A stretch of DNA of 64,000 nt from an uncultured Planctomycetia bacterium (GCA_964489445.1 CAZAYU010000001.1:442480-506479); one strand, 5' to 3'; counted from the first letter of the stretch, positions 11,737 through 22,060 are shown. A program made the numbers and translations. Notes: generated by a model from the sequence alone, not told the origin.

Positions 11737-12903
11737 TTAAAGTGTAAAAGGCATTCCCCAAATATTAATAAATCCGCTGGCCCAATCTCGATTAAAATCA
11801 TCCTTACTTCCATAGGTAGCCAGTCTTTGCTGGTATAAGGAATTTGGAGAATTCCGCTTAGCAATAATAATATTTCCCTTATATAATTTTAAAGTAATCT
11901 TACCACAGACTCTTTTTTGAATTTCTGCTGTAAAAGCGTCTAGTGACCTCTTAAAAACAGAAAACCACAGCCCTTCATAGACTAAGCGTGCATATTTTAA
12001 AGAAGCTATCTTCTTAAAATAAAGTGTTTCTTTATCCAACACTAAGCCCTCCAACTCCCTTAAAGCCGTATGTAGAATCCAAGCTGCCGGAGCTTCATAA
12101 ATTTCTCTTGATTTTATTCCTACAACCCGATCTTCAACCAAATCTGTTCGGCCAATACAATTATCCCCACCAATTTTATTTAATTTTTCGATTATCTCCA
12201 CAAAATCTAAAGATTTGTTATTTAAACTTACCGGCTTGCCTTTATCAAACTCGATTACTACACGCTTAAAGCTGTCAGCGGCTTTATCTAAACTCTTTGT
12301 AAGCAAAAAAGCCTGCTCTTGAGGTTCATTTTCTAAATTTTCTAAAGCACCAGATTCAATGCTTACTCCCCAAATATTTTTATCAATACTGTAAATCTTT
12401 TTTTCAGTAGTTTCGACTGGTATTTTATGTTTTTTTGCGTAAGCAATTTCTGAAAGTCTAGAAGTCAAATGCCATTCTCTCAGAGGAGCAATTATTTTTA
12501 ATTTTGGATTTAGGGCTTTAACGGCCACTTCAATTCTGACCTGATCGTTACCTTTAGCTGTGCAACCATGGGCAATATATTCCGCTTTTTCTTTTTCAGC
12601 TATATCCACCAAATGCTTAGCAATTAATGGTCTTCCTAATGCTGTAGCTAAAATATACTTATCTTCATAAACAGCACCTGCTTTTAGCGAAGGTAAAATA
12701 TACTCTAAAGCAAATTCTTTTCTTAAATCTTTAATGTATAATTTAGACCCGCTTAATGCTACTTTTTTCTTCAACTCTAAGGGAGAAAATTCACTACCTA
12801 AATCAGCCGAAAAGCAAATGACTTTATAACCCTTTGCTTTGAGCCAATGAAGACAGCAGGAAGTATCTAGTCCACCTGAATAAGCTAAAATTACTTTTTT
12901 CAT
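11737..12903 (-). CDS. argG: argininosuccinate synthase
   Basis: LAYSGGLDTS, HGCTAKGNDQVR, KSREIYEAP. Confidence 0.97.
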   Translation of the reverse strand: MKKVILAYSGGLDTSCCLHWLKAKGYKVICFSADLGSEFSPLELKKKVALSGSKLYIKDLRKEFALEYILPSLKAGAVYEDKYILATALGRPLIAKHLVDIAEKEKAEYIAHGCTAKGNDQVRIEVAVKALNPKLKIIAPLREWHLTSRLSEIAYAKKHKIPVETTEKKIYSIDKNIWGVSIESGALENLENEPQEQAFLLTKSLDKAADSFKRVVIEFDKGKPVSLNNKSLDFVEIIEKLNKIGGDNCIGRTDLVEDRVVGIKSREIYEAPAAWILHTALRELEGLVLDKETLYFKKIASLKYARLVYEGLWFSVFKRSLDAFTAEIQKRVCGKITLKLYKGNIIIAKRNSPNSLYQQRLATYGSKDDFNRDWASGFINIWGMPFTL

Positions 12904-13835
12904 TTATTTAAAAGATAATATAGTATAGCTTTGGCAGTATGCAAGCGATTCTCCGCCTGTTGAAAAACTGCTGACTGACTACCATCAATAACCGAATCAG
13001 TAATCTCCTCCCCCCGATGTGCAGGAAGACAATGCAATACTAAACAATTTTTATTAGCGTTCTTTAAGATTGTATCATCTATTCGAAATTTTTTAAAAGC
13101 TTTTTTTCGGCTAGCTGCTTCTTTTTCCTTTCCCATCGAAACCCAAACATCGGTATAAAGCACATCAGCTCTTTTAGTCGCTTCCTTAACAGAAGTACTG
13201 AAATCAATCACAGCCTTGCTATTAGATGCCTGCTTTTTGGCTGATTTTAAAATACTCAAACTCGGCGAATACTTAGCTGGAGAAGCCACAGTTAATTTTC
13301 CTCCTAAAATAGAAAAAGCATTAATCAGAGAAACACATACATTGTTTCCATCACCAATATACGTTACTTTTAATTTTTTTAAATCTCCTCTCAGCTCTTT
13401 AATAGTGAGAATATCCGCTAAAACCTGGCTGGGATGTAATAAATCACTCAACCCATTAACTACCGGTATACCTGAAGCATTTTTAAATTCCAAGATAGTT
13501 TTGTGGAAAAAGGTACGCAGGACAGCTAAATCCAGATAGCCGGAAAGGGTACGAGCGACATCGGAAACTTTTTCTCTCTTTCCTATTTTTACTTCTTCCG
13601 GAGCATAATAGACTGCTTTAGCCCCCAGCTGCAAAGCACCTAAATAAAAAGCTGTTTTAGTGCGCAAGGACGCCTTTTCGAATAATAAACCTACTGCTTT
13701 TCCACTTAATGATTTATCATAGCTTAAAGGATTTTTTTTTAATTTTAAAGCTAGTTGAATTAATCCATTAATTTCACTTGCTGAAAAATCTTTTAAAGAA
13801 ATAAAGTGTCTCATGTTATTATTCTTTTTAACCAT
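12900..13835 (-). CDS. argF: ornithine carbamoyltransferase
   Basis: SLRT, HPSQ, GDGNN, HCLPAHRG, QAENR; start may be the ATG at 13814. Confidence 0.95.
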   Translation of the reverse strand: MVKKNNNMRHFISLKDFSASEINGLIQLALKLKKNPLSYDKSLSGKAVGLLFEKASLRTKTAFYLGALQLGAKAVYYAPEEVKIGKREKVSDVARTLSGYLDLAVLRTFFHKTILEFKNASGIPVVNGLSDLLHPSQVLADILTIKELRGDLKKLKVTYIGDGNNVCVSLINAFSILGGKLTVASPAKYSPSLSILKSAKKQASNSKAVIDFSTSVKEATKRADVLYTDVWVSMGKEKEAASRKKAFKKFRIDDTILKNANKNCLVLHCLPAHRGEEITDSVIDGSQSAVFQQAENRLHTAKAILYYLLNK

Positions 13836-15003
13836 TCAATACTTTCCCAAGTATATCTAACCCCTGGTCTAATTCTTTTTGGCTTACATTCAAGGCCGGC
13901 ATAATTCTTACGATAGTCTGGTGAGTAGAATTTACAACTAGCCCTCTTTTTAAACAGTTTATAAATACTGGATATGAATCAGTATCTAGCTCCAGCCCAA
14001 TCATTAGCCCTTTTCCTCTAACATCTTTAATGACCGAATTTTTTTTCTTAAGATCTTTCAATCTTTTAATTAAATAGTTGCTCTGTTTCTTAACATTGTC
14101 TAATATTTTTTCTTCTTTTATCGCTTTAAAAGTCTCTCCGGAGGCGATACTAGCTAAAGGAGAGCCACCAAAAGTTGAAGCATGCATGCCGGGTGAAACC
14201 AAACAAGAAATATTTTCACCAGCCACTATCGCAGAAATCGGAAAACCAGCACCTAGACCTTTAGACAAAACTAGAATATCCGGGGTCACTCCATAATGTT
14301 GATAACAGAATAATTTTCCGGTTCGGCCCATACCAGTTTGGACTTCATCAACTATAAATAATAAATCGTTCTTCCGACAATAATCTTTTACATCCTTTAT
14401 GTATTTTTTATCCGCAACATTTACCCCTCCTTCACCTTGAATAAGTTCCAGTAAAACTGCTACGGTTTTTTTGCTGCAGCGACGTTTAAAATCTATAAAA
14501 TCATTAAATCTTGCTTCTTTAAACCCAGGAACAACCGGCCTAAAAGGCATTTTATACTTGCTTTGCCCGGTTGCTGAAAGCGCCGCAAAAGTTCTTCCGT
14601 GAAAGGAATTACTCATAGCTACCACTTCATAACGAACACCTTTACCGTAAAGTCGACTAAATTTAATAGCGCCTTCTACTGCTTCAGCTCCAGAGTTAGC
14701 AAAGAATACTTTACCCGGAAAGCTAAGTTCAGTAATTTTTTTTGCCAGAAAAGCCTGTTCTTTAAAAAACAGGTTATTAGGAAGATGAATTAGTTTCTTA
14801 GCCTGTTTTCCTATTGCCTGGGCTACTTTAGGATGACAATGCCCCAAAATAGAAACTCCCCAGCCGGGAAAAAGATCCAGATACCGCTTGCCTTTATCAT
14901 CCCAGAGAAAACTTCCCTTACCCCTTACAAATACCGGGCCCACTCTAGTATAAGTATTTAAAGAATACTTTTTGAATATCTTTTGTATATTTTCTTTTTC
15001 CAT
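13828..15003 (-). CDS. argD: acetylornithine aminotransferase
   Basis: NSGAEA, FHGRT, QGEGG, DEVQTG, STFGG; arg operon context. Confidence 0.93.
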   Translation of the reverse strand: MEKENIQKIFKKYSLNTYTRVGPVFVRGKGSFLWDDKGKRYLDLFPGWGVSILGHCHPKVAQAIGKQAKKLIHLPNNLFFKEQAFLAKKITELSFPGKVFFANSGAEAVEGAIKFSRLYGKGVRYEVVAMSNSFHGRTFAALSATGQSKYKMPFRPVVPGFKEARFNDFIDFKRRCSKKTVAVLLELIQGEGGVNVADKKYIKDVKDYCRKNDLLFIVDEVQTGMGRTGKLFCYQHYGVTPDILVLSKGLGAGFPISAIVAGENISCLVSPGMHASTFGGSPLASIASGETFKAIKEEKILDNVKKQSNYLIKRLKDLKKKNSVIKDVRGKGLMIGLELDTDSYPVFINCLKRGLVVNSTHQTIVRIMPALNVSQKELDQGLDILGKVLNG

Positions 15004-15076
15004 CTATTCTCTACTCCGAACGTCTGCTACCATCTTCTTCTATCCTCTATCTTCTATTTCCTCAATCTCAACCTTT
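15004..15076 (-). repeat. purine-rich short-repeat tract T1 (argB-argD junction)
   Basis: Minus strand AGGTTG AGATTG AGG.. AATAGAA GATAGAG GATAGAA. Confidence 0.6.
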
Positions 15077-15928
15077 CTACTTGACAATTTCGGTGCTAAT
15101 ACCCGTATCAGTAAATATTTCCAATAATAGAGCGTGCGGAATCTTAGCATCAACAATATGTGCTTTATTTACTCCAGACTCAATTGCCTGAGCAGCAGCA
15201 CGAACTTTAGGAATCATGCCCGCATCAATAGTTTTCCCTTCAATTAACTCTTCCGCCTCTTTAGCGGTCATTGTCGAAATCAAAGAATCCTCATTGCGGG
15301 GATCACGCATCACCCCTAAAATATTTGTTAATAGTACTAATTTTTCTGCTTTCATTTGTGAAGCTAAAAAAAATGCTACTTCATCAGCATTAATATTAAA
15401 ATTGAACCCGTCTTCGGAGTATCCCATCGGGCAAATTACCGGAACTGACTCTTTAAGTAAATCATCAAGCTTGCTTCGATTAAAATCCACGATATCCCCC
15501 ACAAAGCCCAAATCAATTTTACTTTTCTTTTTTACTGTCTTCAGTATGCTTTCTCTTCCTTTAAATCCCACCGCTTTAACTCCATGGCCATTGATTTCCT
15601 TGACTATCAAATCATTAAGCTTATCTAATTCACTTTCTACTACCTTTAGAGTAAATGCATCAGTAACTCTTATTCCATCTATAAATTCTGACTTGATTTT
15701 ATGTTCTCTAAGTTCTTCAGTTATATTTGGCCCTCCGCCGTGAACAATAATCGGCCTTATCCCAGCAAATCTCAAGAAAGCAATATCTTCTAAGACACAC
15801 TTACGAATTCTTTCTTCGCCTAAAATTGACCCCCCGTATTTAATGATAAATACTTTTTTATGGAACTTTTTTATATAAGGTAAGGCCTCTATTAATACAT
15901 CTGCCTTCTTTATCGCTTCATCCACCAT
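15077..15928 (-). CDS. argB: acetylglutamate kinase
   Basis: IKYGG, VHGGGP, NINAD, GMIPK, LLEIFTDTG. Confidence 0.97.
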   Translation of the reverse strand: MVDEAIKKADVLIEALPYIKKFHKKVFIIKYGGSILGEERIRKCVLEDIAFLRFAGIRPIIVHGGGPNITEELREHKIKSEFIDGIRVTDAFTLKVVESELDKLNDLIVKEINGHGVKAVGFKGRESILKTVKKKSKIDLGFVGDIVDFNRSKLDDLLKESVPVICPMGYSEDGFNFNINADEVAFFLASQMKAEKLVLLTNILGVMRDPRNEDSLISTMTAKEAEELIEGKTIDAGMIPKVRAAAQAIESGVNKAHIVDAKIPHALLLEIFTDTGISTEIVK

Positions 15929-15940
15929 TTAAGCACTCCT

Positions 15941-17035
15941 TTAGCTATACTCAGCATTAATCTTAACATATTTTGGTGTTAAGTCAGAAGTATACACTGT
16001 CCAACAGTATTTACCTCTCTTTAAGTCTATTGTTATAGTCACATTTTTTTTCTTTAACGACGTTGATTGGATGACAATGTTTTCGTCAACCTTTATCCCG
16101 GATTGCCCCAGTGCCGAGATAATTCTCCCCCAATTTGAATTAGCGCCATATAAAGCGCACTTAAACAGCAATGAATTAGCCAAAGAAAAACCAGCTTTTT
16201 TTGCCTCATTGACGCTCTTTGCCCCTTTAATCCGAAGTTCAATGAATTTGCTTGCTCCTTCAGCATCTTTGACAATCATTTTTGCTAGTTTTAAACAATT
16301 CTTTTTTAATTCTTCAGCAAACAAAGATACTTGCTTCGAAGATCCAAGAGGAACCTTCCCACTAGTCATAAATAAAGCCATATCATTTGTGCTTGTACAT
16401 CCATCTACACTTATTGAGTTAAAGCTTTCCTCTACTGCCTGTTTAGCAATCTGTTTAAAGACTTTTACCGGCAGCTTTACATCAGTAAGAATAAATCCTA
16501 ACATGGTAGCCATATTAGGATAAATCATTCCAGCTCCTTTGGCGAACCCAGATATAGTTACCTTGTTATTACTTACTCCAACTTGAGAAAAGGAAACTTT
16601 CTTAAATGTATCCGTAGTAAGGATGCTAGAAGCAAAATTATCCACATTTGTTTTTAGCCCCTTTATCAGAATCGGTAAATTGCTTATTATCTTATTTTTA
16701 GGCAATTTCTTCCCAATAATGCCTGTTGAAGAAATGAGAATGTTTTCTGGCTTAACATCCAGCTCTTTCGCTAAATGAATAACAATATTTTCCGTATCCT
16801 TTAAACCACTTGTATGCGAATAACAATTAGCATTACCACTGTTAACCAAAACTGCTTTTATTCGATTATTTATATTTTTCTTGCACAAAGTAACCGAATA
16901 AGAAGGATTTACATTGGCAGTAAAAGAAGCTTGCGCCTTGGCAAAGTCTGGACAAAAAATCAATCCTAAATCTAATTTTTTTCTTTTGATCCCACAATGA
17001 ATGCCCGAAACTAAAAATCCTTTTGGTAAATGCAT
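15941..17035 (-). CDS. argJ: glutamate N-acetyltransferase / ornithine acetyltransferase
   Basis: NSGNAN, STGIIG, KGAGMIYPNMA|TML autocleavage site, STND, NWGR. Confidence 0.95.
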   Translation of the reverse strand: MHLPKGFLVSGIHCGIKRKKLDLGLIFCPDFAKAQASFTANVNPSYSVTLCKKNINNRIKAVLVNSGNANCYSHTSGLKDTENIVIHLAKELDVKPENILISSTGIIGKKLPKNKIISNLPILIKGLKTNVDNFASSILTTDTFKKVSFSQVGVSNNKVTISGFAKGAGMIYPNMATMLGFILTDVKLPVKVFKQIAKQAVEESFNSISVDGCTSTNDMALFMTSGKVPLGSSKQVSLFAEELKKNCLKLAKMIVKDAEGASKFIELRIKGAKSVNEAKKAGFSLANSLLFKCALYGANSNWGRIISALGQSGIKVDENIVIQSTSLKKKNVTITIDLKRGKYCWTVYTSDLTPKYVKINAEYS

Positions 17036-17061
17036 TCTTCTCCCTTTTAAAAAAATACTAC

Positions 17062-18087
17062 TTACTGCAATCCTGTAGTTTGATCACATCCCAACATAAT
17101 ATTCATATTTTCCACAGCTTGTCCTGCAGCTCCCTTAATAAGATTATCAATACAGGAAACAACCACAGCCTGTTTTCCGTTTTCATTTAATTCAAATCCA
17201 ATATCACAATAATTACTTCCCACAACCTCTTTTAGCTTTGGCAAATTATTTTTAATTCTAACAAAAGGACAATTTCTGTAGTGCTTTTGATAGAGATCAA
17301 ACAATTGACTACTCTTAACTTTCTTTTTAAACCAAACATAAATTGTTGAATATATCCCCGCATCAATGCCAACAACATGAGGCGTAAATGAAATGTCTAC
17401 TTCTTTCTGCGTTTTGGCTTTTAAAATATTAACCGCCTCAGGTACATGCTGATGCGTAAATGGTTTATACGCCCAGATATTATTAGAAACGTTAATATAG
17501 TGATAGTCAATAATCGCTTTTTTCCCAGCTCCAGTAATTGATGACTTTGAGTCAATAACTACTTTTAATTCAATAAGCCCTTCCTTCAATAAAGGAAAAA
17601 GCGGTAAAATCATCGACGTAGGATAACAACCGGGATTAGCAACTAGTTGGGCCTTACCAATTGCTACTTTGTATAATTCCGGCAATCCATAAACAGCTTT
17701 TTTTAAATTTTTCTTATCTTCATGTAAAGCGCGATAGTATTTCTTATACTCTTCTGAATCCTGTAAACGATAATCAGCAGAAAGGTCAACTACCTTTTTC
17801 TTTGCTTTTAGCAAATAAGGAACAAACTTCATAGAAACAGTATGTGGTAATGATAAAAACAAAAAATCACATTTTTTAAGTGATTTCTCAATGCTTAGAG
17901 GCTCACACTTTAAATTAGTCTTATTGCTAAAACAAGCAAATAAATCACTGTAATAAACCGGCTTTTCAGTGCGAGACGCTAAATAACATACTTCTACATT
18001 AGGATGCTTAATTAAAATATCTACCAGCTTCTCCCCGGTAAATCCAGTAGCCCCTAACACCCCCACTCTCGTCTTTTTCTTCACCAT
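17062..18087 (-). CDS. argC: N-acetyl-gamma-glutamyl-phosphate reductase
   Basis: GATGFTG, DLSADYR, ANPGCYPT, DNLIKGAAGQAV; ATG at 18087 with GGAG upstream. Confidence 0.96.
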   Translation of the reverse strand: MVKKKTRVGVLGATGFTGEKLVDILIKHPNVEVCYLASRTEKPVYYSDLFACFSNKTNLKCEPLSIEKSLKKCDFLFLSLPHTVSMKFVPYLLKAKKKVVDLSADYRLQDSEEYKKYYRALHEDKKNLKKAVYGLPELYKVAIGKAQLVANPGCYPTSMILPLFPLLKEGLIELKVVIDSKSSITGAGKKAIIDYHYINVSNNIWAYKPFTHQHVPEAVNILKAKTQKEVDISFTPHVVGIDAGIYSTIYVWFKKKVKSSQLFDLYQKHYRNCPFVRIKNNLPKLKEVVGSNYCDIGFELNENGKQAVVVSCIDNLIKGAAGQAVENMNIMLGCDQTTGLQ

Positions 18088-18143
18088 ATTTCTCCAATTC
18101 ACAAACAGCAAAAATCACTAATTGTCTTTACTAGCAAAAGATT

Positions 18144-18172
18144 ATCATAAACTAAAACAGCCTACCAGTCAA
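18144..18172 (-). promoter_or_regulatory. sigma70-type promoter of the arg-lys operon
   Basis: TTGACT-17 nt-TATGAT about 55 nt upstream of argC. Confidence 0.6.
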
Positions 18173-18258
18173 CATAATTAACCAATCATGCTGGTTTTCA
18201 CCTTTCTGAGGCTGGATTACTCTAATTGTCTAATTATTTTAGAAAATCAGCAAGTTAA

Positions 18259-18606
18259 TTACGAGCAAAATTCTATAGTATCCCCGATTTCTACATTTAA
18301 CTTCGCTAATTTAAGGGCGGGAAACTCAATAGTAAAAGCCGCATTCAGGCAAAAAACACAACGCCCAGGATAAACTGAATGGCAAATTCTGGTTACCCGC
18401 ATCTTTTTATCTAAAAACAAGATATCAATAGGAAAACGCATAAAAAAAGTATGAATTGAAGGCGCATTAATAAAAATAAGCGCACCTTGCTCATCCATAG
18501 ATTTTTTAAACATTAACCCTTTAAGCCGTAAAAAAAAACTATTAGCTGTTTTGGCCGACTTGCTTAATACTGTTGCTTTATTCTTATTCTTTATGATTTG
18601 GATCAT
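18259..18606 (-). CDS. DUF192 family protein
   Basis: RLKGLMF, IHTFFMRFPIDILFLD, IEFPA, GD motif. Confidence 0.88.
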   Translation of the reverse strand: MIQIIKNKNKATVLSKSAKTANSFFLRLKGLMFKKSMDEQGALIFINAPSIHTFFMRFPIDILFLDKKMRVTRICHSVYPGRCVFCLNAAFTIEFPALKLAKLNVEIGDTIEFCS

Positions 18607-19001
18607 TTTATCCTAGCCATTACCGCTTCCGGAATAATTTGTGGACGAAAATCACAACAAATACATGCAATTTGTGTTACAGCAGAAACTAGAATAATAT
18701 CTTGCCGCTTAACTTCCTGAAAAAAATCTAGCGAAGCATTTTTAAGCTTGACTATTTTAGTTGTTACAGAAATCTGCTCGCCATAACGTGCCGGAGATTT
18801 AAAATTCACTTCAATCTTTCTTACAGCAAACAATGTATTATTTTCGGATAGCTGCTTAATATCTACACCTTTATCCGAAAAATATTCGGTTCGCGCTTCC
18901 TCAAAATACTTGAAATAATTAGCATAATAGACAACTCCTCCGCAATCAGTGTCGTGATAATATATCTTTTTGTCAATTTTATGCATCATCTCTCCTTTCA
19001 A
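18603..19001 (-). CDS. YbgC-family acyl-CoA thioesterase
   Basis: YYHDTDCGGVVYYANY..FEEAR hotdog motif; start probably ATG near 18989. Confidence 0.88.
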   Translation of the reverse strand: MKGEMMHKIDKKIYYHDTDCGGVVYYANYFKYFEEARTEYFSDKGVDIKQLSENNTLFAVRKIEVNFKSPARYGEQISVTTKIVKLKNASLDFFQEVKRQDIILVSAVTQIACICCDFRPQIIPEAVMARIK

Positions 19002-19043
19002 TGGCTCCTAAACTACTTTCTACTGAAATATTATACTTTAAAA

Positions 19044-19232
19044 TCATAAACGAAAAAAGAAATTAATAAATGGGCTGTCAAACTTCCGAAGCGACTTTTT
19101 ATAGTAATTACCTAAATAAATTAAAAATGCCCCACCCAAAATTAATACAAACGCAACTATTAAAGACAATAACGGCGGATAAATCGCAATTAAAATTCCG
19201 GAAAGAACAAGAATAATTCCGATAACCATCAA
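19044..19232 (-). CDS. small two-TM membrane protein
   Basis: GGGGAGG SD before TTG; GILIAIYPPLLSLIVA hairpin (DUF3096-like). Confidence 0.65.
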   Translation of the reverse strand: MMVIGIILVLSGILIAIYPPLLSLIVAFVLILGGAFLIYLGNYYKKSLRKFDSPFINFFFRL

Positions 19233-19412
19233 TACCTCCCCGCTTAATGTTTTGTTTTAATAAAATAAACCCTGACTGTTTTTCAAATAATTTTCTTAAT
19301 CCGATAAGTCCCATCAATAGTTTACCACGCAATGAGAAAAAAACGCTAAAAATACCCTAGCATTATTAAAAAATATTTAATTTTCACCTGACTTTTCTTT
19401 ATTTTGCTTTTA

Positions 19413-20060
19413 TTATTTTTTACTGGTTAAGAAATTATCCATATCGTCCGGCAAATCTATCTTCAAATTTACTGTTTCTCCACTTACCGGATGTAAAAAA
19501 CTCAAAGAATAAGCATGCAACGCCAAACGTTTGAATTTAACATCAAAATCCCTTCGAAATGCATACTTACTTTCTCCTAATATCGGATGCCCAATTTTTG
19601 CCAAATGAATCCTTAACTGATTGGTTCTTCCGGTTAACGGCTCTAGGTCAACAATGCTATAGCCTTTGTATTCTTCAATTACCTTATACTTTGTTTTAGC
19701 ATCCTTGGCTTTTTCACCGAATTTTTTTCCTTCGCTATCAATTATCTCGCAATCGATAACTCCTTTTTTTTTGTTTATATTCCCCCGGACAAACGCGATA
19801 TATCTTTTTTTAATAACCCGATCTCTAAACTGTTGGGTAATCTTTTTTTGTGTTTGTTTGTCTTTGGCATAGATAACTAATCCAGTAGTTTCCTTATCCA
19901 AGCGATGACAAGGAAAAACTTTTTCACCTTTTTTTCTTTCTAGCAACGAGGTTAATGTATTCTTTACTGTCTTTCGACATCCGCAAGCTAAAATCTTAAC
20001 CCTTTTGTCTAAGACAATCAAATACTCATCATCAAATATAGTTTGAAATGCTTCTTTCAC
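19413..20060 (-). CDS. RluA-family pseudouridine synthase (no S4 domain)
   Basis: HRLDKETTG catalytic motif, TGRTNQLRIH, GHPILG, LALHA. Confidence 0.9.
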   Translation of the reverse strand: MKEAFQTIFDDEYLIVLDKRVKILACGCRKTVKNTLTSLLERKKGEKVFPCHRLDKETTGLVIYAKDKQTQKKITQQFRDRVIKKRYIAFVRGNINKKKGVIDCEIIDSEGKKFGEKAKDAKTKYKVIEEYKGYSIVDLEPLTGRTNQLRIHLAKIGHPILGESKYAFRRDFDVKFKRLALHAYSLSFLHPVSGETVNLKIDLPDDMDNFLTSKK

Positions 20061-20079
20061 TTGTAATTAATTTTAAAAC

Positions 20080-21957
20080 TTATGATTTCACTAAACGCTT
20101 AATTTCCTCAATTTTTTCTTGCGCTGCATCTTCACCTCTTTTTACAAATTCTTTGATTCTGCCAAACTCCGTCCATCCCAGCCCTTCAAGATTCGGATGA
20201 ATAATTACATCTGCTGCTTTCAGTGCCTGACTGATAAATTGATACTGCATAGTTTCAATGCTACCAAAAATAAAATCAAATACATGAAAACTTTTTCTTC
20301 TTTTGTGCTCCCTTAATGCTTCAGTTTGAGAAAGAGTAATATCACAAGCAATAATCTTGTGTATCCCATATTTTAAGAGAACCTCTGCCGGAAGCGGCTC
20401 TAAGATGCCTCCGTCTAAAAAAATATCTTGTTTAAATTTTACCGGTTCAAAAATTCCCGGAAAAGCACAACTAGCCGCAACAGCTTTATACACTAACCCA
20501 GTTTCCAAAATAACTGTTTTTCGTTTAAAAAAACTAAACGCCGCAATTTTAAATGTATGGTTTAAATCTTGAAAAGTTAAATTTTTAAATACACTTTTAA
20601 ATATACCTTCCAGATGCTTGGCTTTAATAATCCCTTTAAACGGAATGGAAAACCCCAGTGCTGAAAACCTTCCTATTTTTTTACCTAAATCACCGGCTTT
20701 TTTCTCAATATCCGAAGAACTAAACCCGCAAGCCCATAATGCACCAATAACTGCTCCCATGCTTGTACCGGAAATAGCATCTACTTCGATGCCCTCACGT
20801 TCAAAAACTCGCAAAATTCCAATATGCGAAAATCCATATGCTGCCCCGCTTCCTAACGAAACGCCTAAAGATACTCCTCCGGTTTCTCGGGCAATTCTTC
20901 TTAACGCATTGGAATAAGTCTCTGATAAGGATCCGGGTAAAGTCGCATAGATATATTTGTTTGCTATTACTTTTTGATTAGAAAGAAAATGGTGTTTTCT
21001 CTTGTCATCTTTGATTGCTATTAATTGAATTTTTTCTTCACCTGTAGCATCAACTTTTTCAATGTGGATTATCAACTCTTCAGCCATCTTAGACTGCTTA
21101 AGTTCAGGAATAAATATTAGATGTATAATGTCAGCTGGTAAAATAAATTTATTAGAAAACCGATAAACTAAATCATGGGAAATATTGTATAGAATGAAAT
21201 GATAGCTTTCTGAGAGAAAATTCAAAAGAGAGAGAAAATTATCATTACAACCTGCACTTAGGACAAGCTGGTCAACTTCATTGTTGTTTACATAATCAAA
21301 CAGTGTTTCTTCGGAGAATTTTTCTAGCTTTAGAACATTGCCTTCGTTATTAGAGCTTTGCTGGATATTGAAATTTTTTTTGTTATTACCTTGCAAAGAA
21401 AAAAGAACTTGAACACAGATAATTTTTTTCTTAGTTTGTTTTTTTAATTCTATCGCCAAATTAAACAAATATCCGGATTTATTTTCGCTAGATAAATCAA
21501 TAACTCCGATTTTTTTAGACTGGAATATTCTCTTTGGCTTAAACCTTGCCTTTACTCTTTGGGAAAGGATCTTGGAAATATCCAAAGAAATCAAAGGATT
21601 TTTTTTGAGAAATTTTTTAAACTCGCTGTTTTTAACACGCAAAACAAGCGAACTTTCAATAGACCGAGCAGTTACTGAGTGTGGCTCGTCAGTAAATAAA
21701 GAAATAATTCCGAAACAAGTCCCCCGCTTAATAATCTCTATGCCTTCTTCCTGCCCTTTAACTTTGATAGAAACCCCCACTCTGCCTTTCAGTAATAAAT
21801 AGAAATAATCCGGAGCATCGCCTTCCTGATATATAGTTTCCACATTTTTATACTCTTTAATTTCACAAATATTAATTAAAGAGCGTAATTGCCAGTGCCC
21901 TAGTTTGCTAAACGGCGGGCTATTACCCAAAATAAAGCTTATTTCTTTTTTATCCAT
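20080..21957 (-). CDS. cNMP-binding domain / patatin-like phospholipase
   Basis: N-terminal cNMP fold (IYQEGD..FGIISL), C-terminal GSGAAYG, GTSMG, DGG patatin motifs. Confidence 0.85.
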   Translation of the reverse strand: MDKKEISFILGNSPPFSKLGHWQLRSLINICEIKEYKNVETIYQEGDAPDYFYLLLKGRVGVSIKVKGQEEGIEIIKRGTCFGIISLFTDEPHSVTARSIESSLVLRVKNSEFKKFLKKNPLISLDISKILSQRVKARFKPKRIFQSKKIGVIDLSSENKSGYLFNLAIELKKQTKKKIICVQVLFSLQGNNKKNFNIQQSSNNEGNVLKLEKFSEETLFDYVNNNEVDQLVLSAGCNDNFLSLLNFLSESYHFILYNISHDLVYRFSNKFILPADIIHLIFIPELKQSKMAEELIIHIEKVDATGEEKIQLIAIKDDKRKHHFLSNQKVIANKYIYATLPGSLSETYSNALRRIARETGGVSLGVSLGSGAAYGFSHIGILRVFEREGIEVDAISGTSMGAVIGALWACGFSSSDIEKKAGDLGKKIGRFSALGFSIPFKGIIKAKHLEGIFKSVFKNLTFQDLNHTFKIAAFSFFKRKTVILETGLVYKAVAASCAFPGIFEPVKFKQDIFLDGGILEPLPAEVLLKYGIHKIIACDITLSQTEALREHKRRKSFHVFDFIFGSIETMQYQFISQALKAADVIIHPNLEGLGWTEFGRIKEFVKRGEDAAQEKIEEIKRLVKS

Positions 21958-22060
21958 AAATTTATAATTAAAAATAAATTAGTATTACATATGTAGTATT
22001 TATTATTAGGTATATAGCATCGAGTATTGCGTACAATTGCTAAAACATAAAAACAGATCT

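Noticed and set aside
11667-11864. 65-aa ORF bridging argG and argH as a leader peptide
   Set aside because: It mostly overlaps argG out of frame, has no SD, and lacks an Arg-rich attenuator pattern.
8315-16523. Long plus-strand ORFs (8315-8809, 15216-15743, 16071-16523 and similar throughout the window)
   Set aside because: Antisense shadows of well-conserved genes, with no motifs or SD.
20080-21957. Patatin as a CBASS CapV-like effector or Pycsar component
   Set aside because: No CD-NTase or cyclase gene is nearby, and the context is housekeeping.
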